UHGV virus genome: UHGV-1678524
Origin: a virus
Reading direction: 5' to 3' (one strand)
Length of the DNA: 43,095 bases
Shown: piece after piece, positions 8,025 through 17,782 of the stretch
Layout: each line of letters starts with the position of its first letter
How positions within the stretch are numbered: the stretch's first letter is position 1
Position numbers and translations under genes: made by a program
Notes under the pieces: generated by a model
Told to the model about the DNA's origin: nothing
Seen by the model: only the letters and a program-made list of their open reading frames with translations
The model's database searches: none

Positions 8025-9806
8025 TTAAAGTTGCTTGTCAATATTATTTCGAATATCACCAAGAGATGTGTAACCGAACTGCTCAGAGTCACTAAAGACT
8101 AAACGTAAAGCACAAGCTGGATGTTCAAGCACATCTGCAAAGCTCTGGAATCCATAGCCATCTACAGCTTTCAGCTTATCACCATCCCACATAGGTGCTA
8201 CACCACCAAAAGCAGACTTCTTAACACCACTATCTGTTTTAGGGTCTTTTGCAAGCATAATCTCTTTACCACCAATGCTTGCCAGAGTTGCTTTGACAGC
8301 AAATGCAAAGGTGTCACGAGTCATGTACTGGTAAGTGTAAGAACCTACACCAAACACTACGTTAGAGCTTGCAAAACCCATTTCATACAAACGCTTCAGG
8401 ATTTCGTTTGCACGTTCCAACGTGATAGAGTCACCATAGATGAGGCCAATGTGCTCATCCAGTACCTTAAAGCCTTTAGAGTTGATAGTCCCTCCAAAGG
8501 TGTTATACAAGGTCTTAATAGCCCCATCAATCTCTGCTACAGGACGTGTTACAACGTTTGCAGAACCAACCATATAAGCATTTTTCAACAGCACTGTATC
8601 AGCAACTTCAAAGTCTTCTCTGTCAACAACCATCTCGTAGCCTTCTGACAGTAGCCATCCAGCAATACCATAGTTGATGTTTTCAAGCTTCATGTTCAGA
8701 ACAGCATTCAGCATTGTGTCGCTGGCTTCCAGCTTGCTTAGGTGTTCATAGTAAGCCTTTTTAGCACACTCTAAGTGGATTGCTTTATAACCTGTGACAA
8801 TATGTACAGGGTCACCAGAGTCAGGACGAATTACCAGTCTGCCGTCACGTTCCATAATCTCTTTACGAAGTGCTGGTAAGATTTCTGATACAGTTCTCCA
8901 GAAATTATAAGTATCTGAAACAATACTTACAATACCAGTTGGGTAAGTTTCTGTTAAGAATCGACGGAAGGTTTGCAACTCACCTTTAAAGCGCCTTTCT
9001 TCTTCAATCAACTCATTCCCACCTTCCCAAGCAATGTTTGCACACATGACAGAGTGTTCAGTGGCTGGTACAGAACCACCAATATCGGAAATTGGATAGG
9101 ACTGTCCATAAATGCGTTTAGCTGTATATACAGCAGGGAAGCTATCAGTCCCTTTAAAGCTGGTTAAGTGGCCTACAGCGTTAAATGCGTCATCAGTAAA
9201 GCCAGACATACCACGCATAGCAAAGTCATGGCACTGATAAGGTAAATGCAAGGCATTGTCGCAAGTAAGGTCAGCCCACTTCTTACAGATACGTTTGTAG
9301 TGCAATGCAATAGTTGCAATGGTACAAGCCTTCCAAATCTCAGCAGAGAAAGCATCTTCCAGATACCCTGCTACCCAATGGAAACCTGAAACAGTGTTCT
9401 GGAATACAATCATTGGGACACGCATAGGAACAACTGTACCTTCTTCTACAGCGTATACTTCAACTGGTAGATAACCTAAGTCGTGAAGTGCTTCCCAATG
9501 TTCTCGACCAATAGCATCTTTACCCAGAACACCGTTCATGACTTCTAAGATTTCGTCAATTGCTTCTTTTTTGTCACGTTCAAAGAAGGTGGCATTCCAG
9601 TGGTCTATCAAGTAATCTTTAACAAAACGTTGAATACCAAAAGCTACTACACCGTCAATTGCTAAAGGGCTGTTAAACCATTTATCACTACGTGGTGTCA
9701 GGTTGAACATTAGGTACTCTGTTGCACTAGGATACTGATAAATATGGCCAGATTTGTAAGCATCTGCGTTTAAACCTGCTGGTACTGCATAAAGTGATTT
9801 AGTCAT
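8025..9806 (-). CDS. Nicotinamide phosphoribosyltransferase family protein (NAMPT/NadV-like; possibly Namat-type)
   Basis: 593 aa; segments align with human NAMPT as recalled: DAYKSGHIYQYP vs DSYKVTHYKQYP, YLPVEVYAVEEGTVVP vs HLPIEIKAVPEGFVIP, SVPATEHSVM vs SVPAAEHSTI, IVSIVSDTYNFW vs VSVVSDSYDIY, VIRPDSGDP vs IIRPDSGNP. Confidence 0.75.
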   Translation of the reverse strand: MTKSLYAVPAGLNADAYKSGHIYQYPSATEYLMFNLTPRSDKWFNSPLAIDGVVAFGIQRFVKDYLIDHWNATFFERDKKEAIDEILEVMNGVLGKDAIGREHWEALHDLGYLPVEVYAVEEGTVVPMRVPMIVFQNTVSGFHWVAGYLEDAFSAEIWKACTIATIALHYKRICKKWADLTCDNALHLPYQCHDFAMRGMSGFTDDAFNAVGHLTSFKGTDSFPAVYTAKRIYGQSYPISDIGGSVPATEHSVMCANIAWEGGNELIEEERRFKGELQTFRRFLTETYPTGIVSIVSDTYNFWRTVSEILPALRKEIMERDGRLVIRPDSGDPVHIVTGYKAIHLECAKKAYYEHLSKLEASDTMLNAVLNMKLENINYGIAGWLLSEGYEMVVDREDFEVADTVLLKNAYMVGSANVVTRPVAEIDGAIKTLYNTFGGTINSKGFKVLDEHIGLIYGDSITLERANEILKRLYEMGFASSNVVFGVGSYTYQYMTRDTFAFAVKATLASIGGKEIMLAKDPKTDSGVKKSAFGGVAPMWDGDKLKAVDGYGFQSFADVLEHPACALRLVFSDSEQFGYTSLGDIRNNIDKQL

Positions 9807-9851
9807 CTTTTAATCTCTCTCAAAATGGGGCTTTGAAGCCCCTATAAAGTT

Positions 9852-10733
9852 TTAATCAATGGTTACTACAGTAACTTGGGCATAATGTGTTAATCCACGG
9901 TCTTTAGCTTCCCCTAAAGAGTTTGTAGTGTAGATATGGTCAATACCATTGTCAAGTAAGTTTTCAACACCTTTAGAGAAAATACCATGAGTTACATAGA
10001 GTTCCACACGTTTTGCACCTGCTTCACGAAGATGTTTAGCTGCTTCTATGAAGGTTCGGCCTCCATCACAAATATCATCAAGAATCATGACAGTTTTATC
10101 GGTCAAATCAACAGCATCAAGGATTCGCATACCAGTAATTTCACCAGTCTTAAGGTTGCGTACTTTAGACATTGTGATATATGGTTTATCCACCTCTTTA
10201 GCAGTCTCTTCAGTCTTCTTAGCTGCACCTGCATCTGGGGCTACCAAGAAATCAATGCGTGGGTCACTTGCAAAGTGTGCTGCTACATCTTTTTGCTTCA
10301 TGCTCTGAAAGCACTTAAATAAGTTTTCTGCAACATTACTGTGAGGGTCAAGAGCACATACTGCATCAAAACCCATTGCATTAACGAGGTTGGCAAAAGC
10401 TTTCAGTGCTGCTGAATCACCTTTGAACATATGGCGGTCATATCGAGCATTCGGTAAGAACCCGAAAACAACGGTTTTCATCGCTGATTTGTATGGAACA
10501 AGGCTGTCAACGGCATCCTTAGCCAAAGCTAATGCAAACAGTGTATCTTTATCATACCCCTGCACAGTCAATATAACATTGTCAATCTTACCAGCATTAC
10601 GCTCAGTAAACTTAACAAAATCTTCAGAGAAGTTTCCACCAATTTCTCCAGATGGGAATTGGGTGATATTAAATTTTTCTGTGTGGAAGAATTTCTCTTG
10701 TGCGGTGACAACGGCTTCAATAATAGTTTTCAT
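9852..10733 (-). CDS. Ribose-phosphate pyrophosphokinase family protein (Prs-like; possibly Adps-type ADPR pyrophosphokinase)
   Basis: 293 aa; FPSGEIGG N-terminal motif, LDPHS, and PRPP-binding-loop-like DDICDGGRT. Confidence 0.7.
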   Translation of the reverse strand: MKTIIEAVVTAQEKFFHTEKFNITQFPSGEIGGNFSEDFVKFTERNAGKIDNVILTVQGYDKDTLFALALAKDAVDSLVPYKSAMKTVVFGFLPNARYDRHMFKGDSAALKAFANLVNAMGFDAVCALDPHSNVAENLFKCFQSMKQKDVAAHFASDPRIDFLVAPDAGAAKKTEETAKEVDKPYITMSKVRNLKTGEITGMRILDAVDLTDKTVMILDDICDGGRTFIEAAKHLREAGAKRVELYVTHGIFSKGVENLLDNGIDHIYTTNSLGEAKDRGLTHYAQVTVVTID

Positions 10734-10744
10734 AGCTCTCTCTC

Positions 10745-11050
10745 TTAATCAAAAGTTACGTTTGTTACTGCCATTGCAGATTTGCATTTTGCAGGGTCTA
10801 CAACGTGATAAAGTACACTACAGTTGCCTGTGCTATCTGGTACAGGTTTAACCCATTGTTGCTTGACAGTTGGTTCTCCTAAGTCTTTGTAAGAGCCATC
10901 TGTAAAATTGTTTACCATCTCAAGTGCAATTGGTTCTGGAACATGACCTCGTATCATGTACATTTCACAACCATTGCCACCCTCACTGACTAGTGGTAAA
11001 ATCTCCCACTTCTCTTTAGCCATTGTAAGTTGCCCTATAAACTGTCTCAA
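10745..11050 (-). CDS. Hypothetical protein
   Basis: 101-aa ORF, co-oriented. Confidence 0.35.
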   Translation of the reverse strand: MRQFIGQLTMAKEKWEILPLVSEGGNGCEMYMIRGHVPEPIALEMVNNFTDGSYKDLGEPTVKQQWVKPVPDSTGNCSVLYHVVDPAKCKSAMAVTNVTFD

Positions 11051-11531
11051 ACTTCAACAGGAGAGATATTGCCAAATCTGTATAGTTGTTGTCAAGCACA
11101 TCTGGCATATTATTTTTGATATATTTCTCTTGCTCTTCATAGGTCATCTTAGGGATGCTTAGGAGTCTATCTCCTTGCTTCTGGTTATCAGCTTTAGTTT
11201 GGATAAACCAGTTCGCACAGTGATGCTCACCACCTTTTGTAACAGGTTTATGGTGACCTAATGTGAAGGACTGGTTACCTGTGTATCTGCAAAGCTTATT
11301 GAGTACTGCAATAGTGTTCTTCACAACAAAACATTCATACATGTTATCTATGGTGTAGTGTGGGTAATATTGGAATAGTGCTCTTTCACGGGTACTATCA
11401 CGATTCCAGAGAATCATGTGATTTGAGTTAGAAGGGTCGTATTGGTGGGAGTCAATGAACTCTTGACGTTCCTCGAAGCTGAGTCTTAGAACTGACATTG
11501 CAGCAGAACGTTTTAGATTCGACAGATACAT
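11016..11531 (-). CDS. Hypothetical protein
   Basis: 171-aa ORF; start may be an internal Met given overlap with the upstream gene. Confidence 0.35.
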   Translation of the reverse strand: MYLSNLKRSAAMSVLRLSFEERQEFIDSHQYDPSNSNHMILWNRDSTRERALFQYYPHYTIDNMYECFVVKNTIAVLNKLCRYTGNQSFTLGHHKPVTKGGEHHCANWFIQTKADNQKQGDRLLSIPKMTYEEQEKYIKNNMPDVLDNNYTDLAISLLLKFETVYRATYNG

Positions 11532-11582
11532 ATTATCTCCAAAATAAAAAGGGAACCTTTACAGTCCCCTTATAGTATCTGT

Positions 11583-11903
11583 TTACTGAGCTACTTTCAA
11601 GATGCTTGTGAACGAGATTTCACTCTCATCCATAAACTCTTTTGCTTCTCCAGTAACTTTTACAAAGTTATCTAGGCAGATAATCTTCTTATCTTTCTTG
11701 CTGTAGGTTAGCTTAACCTTTTCAATATCTTTCTTAGAGCTTTCCTCTTCATTGAAGAGTTTTACAGCCTCTTTGAATGGTAGGTATGAGCCGTCATCAT
11801 CACTAATGAACCCTGTACCACAGTAGTAGTAGTTATACTCTTTAGCCATAAATTGGCACAGTACGAAAATCTGTAATTTGCGAGTGTTATAAACTTTGCT
11901 CAT
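11583..11903 (-). CDS. Hypothetical protein
   Basis: 106-aa ORF. Confidence 0.35.
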   Translation of the reverse strand: MSKVYNTRKLQIFVLCQFMAKEYNYYYCGTGFISDDDGSYLPFKEAVKLFNEEESSKKDIEKVKLTYSKKDKKIICLDNFVKVTGEAKEFMDESEISFTSILKVAQ

Positions 11904-11905
11904 GA

Positions 11906-12238
11906 TTATTTAGCCTTTTTGTTACGTTTACGGTTACGAGATTTCTTAGCTGCACGTTTAATTGCTGCTGCACCAGTTGGTCGATGTGCTTGTTTTTTAC
12001 CACCTTTTCCACGACCTACATAGATACTTTTCATAATCTCATTAGCCAGCTTTTCATCCATCTTGAAGTTTTGCATAAGATGGGTCACATCAACACCAGT
12101 GAGCATACCTAATGATGCCAATGCTGCTTTTACTTTTGATTTAAAACTGTTCCAGATTCCCATTTCACTATCTCTCAAACTTTTATACAGAACTTGGTTA
12201 ATTCTTCTGGAGTAATACCGACTCTCCACATTCAACAA
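11906..12238 (-). CDS. Hypothetical protein with highly basic C-terminal tail
   Basis: C-terminus KKQAHRPTGAAAIKRAAKKSRNRKRNKKAK. Confidence 0.35.
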   Translation of the reverse strand: MLNVESRYYSRRINQVLYKSLRDSEMGIWNSFKSKVKAALASLGMLTGVDVTHLMQNFKMDEKLANEIMKSIYVGRGKGGKKQAHRPTGAAAIKRAAKKSRNRKRNKKAK

Positions 12239-12406
12239 AAGAGGTTTGTTTTGTAGTACTCTCCAAACTTTTCATCTAAGACTAGGAATACACCTGCTCC
12301 AACTATACAAGCAAGAGATTCTAAACCACCCTTCCCGTGGTTATCAGATGTAAACTTAGTCCACTCATCTAATAACTCGCTGTTGTATGTGTATAGCCCT
12401 GCTATA

Positions 12407-12892
12407 CTACTCTGCTCGCCATTGACAGTCGCCTTGCCATCCATACTCTTTTCTCCAAAGGTTTTGGTTATCAGAACCACGATAAGGTTTAACTGTTGGT
12501 TTAGAAGCATCATACTTACCGTCAACTACCACGTCAACATATTTCATCACATCTAGGTGGATTTTTTCGTGCAGTTGAAAACCTGTCCAAAGCCATATAG
12601 ACTTTTCTGGATAAACAGTTTTAATACGCTTGCATATGTTGGTAACCTCTTGAATGTTTCTATCATCCAGAGGCTCCCCACCAAGTATTGATAGCCCACT
12701 AATGGCCTTATCATCCATTAACTTAATGATGCCGTAGAGGTTTGCATAAGTAAACTCTTTACCAGCATTAAACTTCCAAGACTCCCTGTTAAAGCAGCCT
12801 TCACAGTGATGCTTGCAACCAGCTACGAAGAGGCTTACACGAACCCCTTCACCATTAGCTGTGTCAAATGGTCTAATCTCCATGTAATTCAT
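12407..12892 (-). CDS. nrdG: Anaerobic ribonucleotide reductase activating protein (radical SAM)
   Basis: 161 aa; CKHHCEGC radical-SAM cysteine cluster near N-terminus; adjacent to nrdD. Confidence 0.7.
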   Translation of the reverse strand: MNYMEIRPFDTANGEGVRVSLFVAGCKHHCEGCFNRESWKFNAGKEFTYANLYGIIKLMDDKAISGLSILGGEPLDDRNIQEVTNICKRIKTVYPEKSIWLWTGFQLHEKIHLDVMKYVDVVVDGKYDASKPTVKPYRGSDNQNLWRKEYGWQGDCQWRAE

Positions 12893-12951
12893 CTAGTTAC
12901 CTCACCAATACATATGAACGTTCTTTAAACCTTTTCTTCGAATTGTTTTAC

Positions 12952-13347
12952 TCATTCAAACACCACCTGACAGGGAACCTGTTTAGTAATAAACTCTTCG
13001 CAGTACTCTTTAATGAAGTTTTGTAATGGCACACAGTCTTGTGCACAAGTCATTAGCATAATGTACTCTGGATTCATAATGTTTTCAAGACTGTAGAAGA
13101 CAATATCGTTAGATAGTTCATGACCGTCTTCTTCAGACCAAGTTCCAGAGACTACAGCTAGTTTATCAAGTAATTCATTAGGCAATACTACACCATCTTC
13201 TACAGAATCACTTAGAACATTGTCACCTATGTACAATGTGAAGACCGTGTGGAATGTTGAGTATCTTACGTGATTCTTTTCGCAAGAGCCACACTCTGAG
13301 GCGTAATCTTTAATCCACTCTAACTGTTTTTGATTCAACTTAATCAT
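12952..13347 (-). CDS. Hypothetical protein
   Basis: 131-aa ORF. Confidence 0.35.
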   Translation of the reverse strand: MIKLNQKQLEWIKDYASECGSCEKNHVRYSTFHTVFTLYIGDNVLSDSVEDGVVLPNELLDKLAVVSGTWSEEDGHELSNDIVFYSLENIMNPEYIMLMTCAQDCVPLQNFIKEYCEEFITKQVPCQVVFE

Positions 13348-13544
13348 AATTTCACCTTAGTTGGTAATGCACTGAATGCTATAGCTAACCCCAAAAATGG
13401 TTTGAAGCATGACCATAAATCCATCTGACCATGATATGAGAAACTCCATTGTGGGTCTGAAAAACCCCATACCATGACACTAACCCCAAAGAAGAAGACT
13501 AGTATGTGGAATATGGGTATCAACGTTTTTGATATTTTAAACAT
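13344..13544 (-). CDS. Small hydrophobic membrane protein
   Basis: 66 aa with LIPIFHILVFFFGVSVMVWGF TM segment. Confidence 0.3.
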   Translation of the reverse strand: MFKISKTLIPIFHILVFFFGVSVMVWGFSDPQWSFSYHGQMDLWSCFKPFLGLAIAFSALPTKVKL

Positions 13545-13698
13545 TTTAACTTATCTCTCAATTCACAATAAGAAAGCCCTAAAAAGAACCCTAGTAAGAC
13601 AGAACCTATGAACAACCCAATAATACTCTCTGCCATATCTAACATCCAATAAAAAAGGTGATGTAAGCCTATCAAGACTCACACCACCATGTCAAGTT

Positions 13699-14646
13699 TT
13701 ACATAGAAACTCTGTCACGAATCTCAGCGATTTTTGCATCATTCATTCGTGATTCACCTTTAATCTTAGTCCAGCCAAGATAACCACACACCCTGTTAAT
13801 CACAGAGATATCATGTGAATGGCAAACCTCACATTCTTCAACATCAGCCTTTGGCCTGTTACCACAATGCTCACAGATTGCTAAGTCAAAGTTAAGTCCC
13901 TGATAAAAACCCTTCAACATCCCTCTGGTAATACAACTTTTAAGTGCTGTTAAGTTTTCTGGGTTAGCTACCCTTACATACTGGATTCTGCCACCTCTAC
14001 AGATATGGAAGAATGGTTCTTCTAAGTCCTGCTTCTCAAATGGTGAGATGTTTGCTGCAACATTCATATGGAAACTGTTTGTAAAGTATTCCTTGTCAGA
14101 AACGCCTTTGATAACACCAAACATATCTCTGAACTGTTTTAGCTGAGTTCCACACAATGACTCTGCTGGAGTACCATATACCGCATACAAGAAGCCATCC
14201 TCATTCTTAAACTCTTCAGTTTTCATGTTAATGTATGCCAGAACATCGTATGCAAAACTAGAGCTTCCAACTTCATGAAGTCGTTTACCCTCAGTAAGAA
14301 CAGATAACTCATCAAGCGCAGTAACCCCAAAAGAAGCTGTGAAGGACTTCACGATATCCCAACCAACCTTGTCGGTGGATTTTTTAGTTCCTTTGTACAG
14401 ACCACCTTGTGTGAATGCAAGAGGGTTAGAACTTGCTGGCATATTAGCAATCATTTCGTAGCGTTTCTTGTGGAAGCTGCGAATCATCTCTAGGTACTTA
14501 TCAAGCTCTTTCCAGAAATCTAAGCCATTCTCTTTGGTGTACTGATAAATCATTGGTAAGTTCAAAGATACAGCACCAATGTTAGCACGACCTACATAAA
14601 ACTCTTCACCATGTTCGTTATGGTATGGTGATAAAAATGCTCTACA
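13699..14646 (-). CDS. nrdD: Anaerobic ribonucleoside-triphosphate reductase, exon 2 (C-terminal part with Zn ribbon and glycyl-radical motif)
   Basis: CEHCG...CEVCHSH and RVCGYLG near the C-terminus; the M in the ORF track is a TTG artefact, with an in-frame stop just upstream at 14668-14670. Confidence 0.7.
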   Translation of the reverse strand, partial: CRAFLSPYHNEHGEEFYVGRANIGAVSLNLPMIYQYTKENGLDFWKELDKYLEMIRSFHKKRYEMIANMPASSNPLAFTQGGLYKGTKKSTDKVGWDIVKSFTASFGVTALDELSVLTEGKRLHEVGSSSFAYDVLAYINMKTEEFKNEDGFLYAVYGTPAESLCGTQLKQFRDMFGVIKGVSDKEYFTNSFHMNVAANISPFEKQDLEEPFFHICRGGRIQYVRVANPENLTALKSCITRGMLKGFYQGLNFDLAICEHCGNRPKADVEECEVCHSHDISVINRVCGYLGWTKIKGESRMNDAKIAEIRDRVSM

Positions 14647-14962
14647 CTTGTTGTTCAAGTAAGTTCGCTAAGCTTACCCCGCTTTATTCAAGCTGCTTAC
14701 TGTCGCCAGTAAGTCCAGACTATATCTTCTACTTATTTCTAAGTAGCGTACCATTTCGAGTCGCTTGACCCTACACCGCTACATTCATCACGGTTAGTCG
14801 TTCGGCATTTAGATGTACTCAAACTTATATTCGAAGTTGTTTGGCATGTAAGACTCCTATGTTGTATAGTTTCTTACATCATACATCATTTAGCACAGGA
14901 TTGTCTACATCTGTAGAGTTTCCCTGTTTAGGCACGTTTTAGATGAGCTATAGAGCTTGTTA
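14647..14962 (-). ncRNA. Group I self-splicing intron in nrdD, ORF-less (about 316 nt)
   Basis: Interrupts a conserved gene; minus strand contains AAGAUAUAGUC (S element, plus 14718-14728) and CGACUAACCG (R-like, plus 14791-14800); exon 1 ends in U, GCUCAU guide candidate in the intron, intron ends in G; in-frame join ...VISPMG|CRAFLSPY... Confidence 0.65.
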
Positions 14963-16159
14963 ACCCATCGGTGAAATAACCTTGCCAGAACGCTCAAAAG
15001 CCTCTGCTACAGCACCATGACCAGATACACTTAAGAAATCTGGATACATCGCTTTAGAGCAACACTCAATGGCTTTACTATACAGGTGTCCTTGACAGAT
15101 ATTCTCATCGTGTCTCTTCTGGTCATAAATATAAACCAGTTTAGGGAATACAACAGGCTTCTTGCTCTTACCTTGTCCATTCATACGAACATCTAGGAGA
15201 GTACTTGCAATCATATATTGCAGTCGGTTATCTTCATTGGACATATCTGAATCAAGTAACCCGAATGTCAAAGTTGTAAATGCAAAATCCCCACGACTAC
15301 AAGGTACAGTGTTTAGTTTCATTTCAAGTGACTGGAAACCTTGAGTCAGTTCAATCTGTAGCTGCTCCATGACATAATTGTGGTAATGTTCTTTAGGAAT
15401 ACCATAAGATGCTGCTTTCTCAGCATGATAGCGTAGAGACTTCTTAGCATACGGCACAAGTACCTTATCAATCTCTGCTAAAGTAAAACCGCCAAATTGC
15501 TGTGCAGTTGCTGAAAGAACTACGTCACCAATAACCTGTAAGGCCGACAGCACAGACTTTGGTTCACAATATTCGATGCCAGACATTTCAAAGCCACCTT
15601 TCAGGACTTTACCAATGTCAAACAGGCAACAGTTGATACCACCAAAAATTAGGTCTCTTAAATCATGGATATAGATAAATCCTTTTTCAATGGCTTCAAG
15701 TTCCTCTGGTGTTAAATGGTACTGTTTAAAGATTTCTTTAGTCAGGTAACCACGAATAATTGAACCTTTTGTAGAAATTAAACTGCTGTCAAAGTTAGCA
15801 TTTTCACGGTCACCTAAGAAGAGTGTGTCTCTAGTCTTTTGGTAAAGCTCATCCCAATTTTGAGCAACTTCTTTACGGTAATTTCTATATGTTGAATAAG
15901 ACTCATAAATCTCGTGATTGACTTCTGCCAAAGCACCCTCAACAATACTGTGAATATCATTTACAGAAATCAGCAAATTATTCTGCTTAGTGGACTTTAC
16001 CAGAATCCTCATAAATGCTGACTCAAGAGCTTGGGTAACATCTGGTGGGAGTTCTTTATATCCAACCCTGTTAGCTGACTTAGTTACTGCTGCTAAAACT
16101 TTTTTGATATCAGGTTCTTCAAGTGAGCCATTCTTTTTAATAATCTGTACTTTGTTCAT
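14963..16159 (-). CDS. nrdD: Anaerobic ribonucleoside-triphosphate reductase, exon 1 (N-terminal ATP-cone and catalytic part)
   Basis: N-terminus MNKVQIIKKNGSLEEPDIKKV is ATP-cone-like; ORF runs into the intron and stops at 14960-14962. Confidence 0.7.
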
Positions 16160-16177
16160 TATTGCCCCTTTACATGC

Positions 16178-16202
16178 TAAAAAGGTCTCCGAAGAGACCC
16201 TT
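16178..16202 (-). terminator. Hairpin plus U-tract 20 nt upstream of the nrdD start (terminator or attenuator/processing element)
   Basis: GGTCTC-cgaa-GAGACC at 16184-16199; minus transcript followed by UUUUUAGC. Confidence 0.3.
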
Positions 16203-16207
16203 TCATT

Positions 16208-16414
16208 TTAAATCTTTTTAGAAAACTTTGAAACGAGTTTTCTTAGTTTTTCAGTGATGCCTAGCTGTATCTCTAATATTTCAAAGATAACCCATAGTAA
16301 CATGGCTCCAAACAATGAACCTTGTTCAAAATCAGTAAATAGGTTAACAACAAGCATACCAATCACAATAGCTGGTGCATCAACAACCAAACCTTCCCAA
16401 AGGCGTTTAAGCAT
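16208..16414 (-). CDS. Small membrane protein
   Basis: 68 aa with hydrophobic segments (LVVDAPAIVIGMLVVNLF, LFGAMLLWVIFEI). Confidence 0.3.
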   Translation of the reverse strand: MLKRLWEGLVVDAPAIVIGMLVVNLFTDFEQGSLFGAMLLWVIFEILEIQLGITEKLRKLVSKFSKKI

Positions 16415-16649
16415 TATTCACCTCTGCCATAAAATTCTGTAGCGTTCCAACAGGTTTTAGGTTTTGACCGTCAGTTTTCATGATGAATGGCATCTGACGA
16501 ACTGGCATCTGTGCAATATCCATCAGGTCTGGCAGTTCATAATCCTGCCCTAACATTCTCACAACATGGTCAATACCACGAGCTTTCGCAAAATTCTTTG
16601 CAGTCTCACACTGAGGGCATCCAGTTTTGGAGTAAATTACATAAGTCAT
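16407..16649 (-). CDS. Glutaredoxin/NrdH-like redoxin
   Basis: 80 aa; CPQC active-site motif near the N-terminus; adjacent to nrdB. Confidence 0.6.
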   Translation of the reverse strand: MTYVIYSKTGCPQCETAKNFAKARGIDHVVRMLGQDYELPDLMDIAQMPVRQMPFIMKTDGQNLKPVGTLQNFMAEVNNA

Positions 16650-17782
16650 TAAGGAACCTCTAAAAATCCACTATTCAAATCATCTACAACAGTATTCAAT
16701 AAATACGCACCGTTCTGTTGCTCCTGATTAGCATTCTGCTCTTTATCAATTTCCATCTTCTTAATCATATACTTCAAAGGTGGTTCTTTAGGAGCTACAA
16801 AATCTCTGGGAATGCCAAACATATCATACAGTGGGGCAGCATTATAGTAAACCCACTCATGAAGAAGCTTTGTATTTAATCCAACTACAGCGCGTCCTTC
16901 GGAGAAGATATAATACGACCATTTCTCTTCGCTTTCAACTACTTCATCTAAGATTACTTTAATCTCTGGAAGAATTTGTTGGAAAGCTTTTTGCCACTCA
17001 TCATCTCTTAAAGTTTCTTTTAAAACTTCAATATCAATTTTAGTGTGAAGGATTTCATCAAGCATAATTTTCTGGACAGCTTGAGCAATACCCTGAAATT
17101 TATCTTGAGCATCAAGTGCAAAAGTACATGCAAAGGATGCCATAAAGGATATACCTTCAAGTGCAGTCACTGCAAATAGACCTTTTAGAATCACTTTATG
17201 GAAGTGTAAAGGGTCTTTGTCCAGAAGTGAGCCACGCACATAACTCAGACGGTAGTTTATACCTTCATCCAGTAATTCTTCAAGAACACGATTCACAGTT
17301 TTTAATCGGTCTTGCACAGCAACATTCTGGTTAATCTCATCTAAGATTGTTTCAGGGTTTTTAATACATTGCCTTACAATCTCTGAGTAAGTAAGGGCAT
17401 GTAGGTTTTCAATCTCAGACTGCTTCATAATTGCAGTTGCATAGATGTCATCAGAGATAAAGGGTGCAAAGGCAAATGCCAAGCTCTTAGCAACTTGAGT
17501 ATCTGCTTCCCATTGCCACTTAAGAATCTCAAGCATTACACCTGACATTGATGCTGGAACACTCTCAAAATCAAGACGTGATTGTTCAAAAGGGAACTCA
17601 TCTTCTGACCAATCTTGTGCTTTTTGTTGCTTATATAGTTCAAAGATTTTTGGGTAGTGTTTATTAAGTGAGTCAAAAGTTTTTCTCTCACCACCTAAAA
17701 AGATTGGGTGCTGGTTAATCATAGCGTGATTTCTCCTTTCTTTATCATTTCTAAGGCTTGTTTTCTGTCTAAAACTTCCCAA
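16649..17782 (-). CDS. nrdB: Ribonucleotide reductase class Ia small (beta) subunit
   Basis: 377 aa; adjacent to nrdA; ferritin-like iron-ligand spacing (e.g. EILHT). Confidence 0.75.
   Translation of the reverse strand: MGSFRQKTSLRNDKERRNHAMINQHPIFLGGERKTFDSLNKHYPKIFELYKQQKAQDWSEDEFPFEQSRLDFESVPASMSGVMLEILKWQWEADTQVAKSLAFAFAPFISDDIYATAIMKQSEIENLHALTYSEIVRQCIKNPETILDEINQNVAVQDRLKTVNRVLEELLDEGINYRLSYVRGSLLDKDPLHFHKVILKGLFAVTALEGISFMASFACTFALDAQDKFQGIAQAVQKIMLDEILHTKIDIEVLKETLRDDEWQKAFQQILPEIKVILDEVVESEEKWSYYIFSEGRAVVGLNTKLLHEWVYYNAAPLYDMFGIPRDFVAPKEPPLKYMIKKMEIDKEQNANQEQQNGAYLLNTVVDDLNSGFLEVP

Noticed and set aside
12232-12525. 97-aa ORF overlapping the 3' end of nrdG
   Set aside because: Overlaps nrdG by about 119 nt in another frame; possibly a real small gene with an internal start, but no motif or signal supports it, so not called.
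14656-14658. Apparent start codon of the second nrdD ORF (also 32300-32302 for polymerase part 2 and 43070-43072 for the terminal tail-fibre ORF)
   Set aside because: All three are TTG codons taken as starts by the ORF caller; they are internal exon or truncated-gene positions, not real initiation sites.
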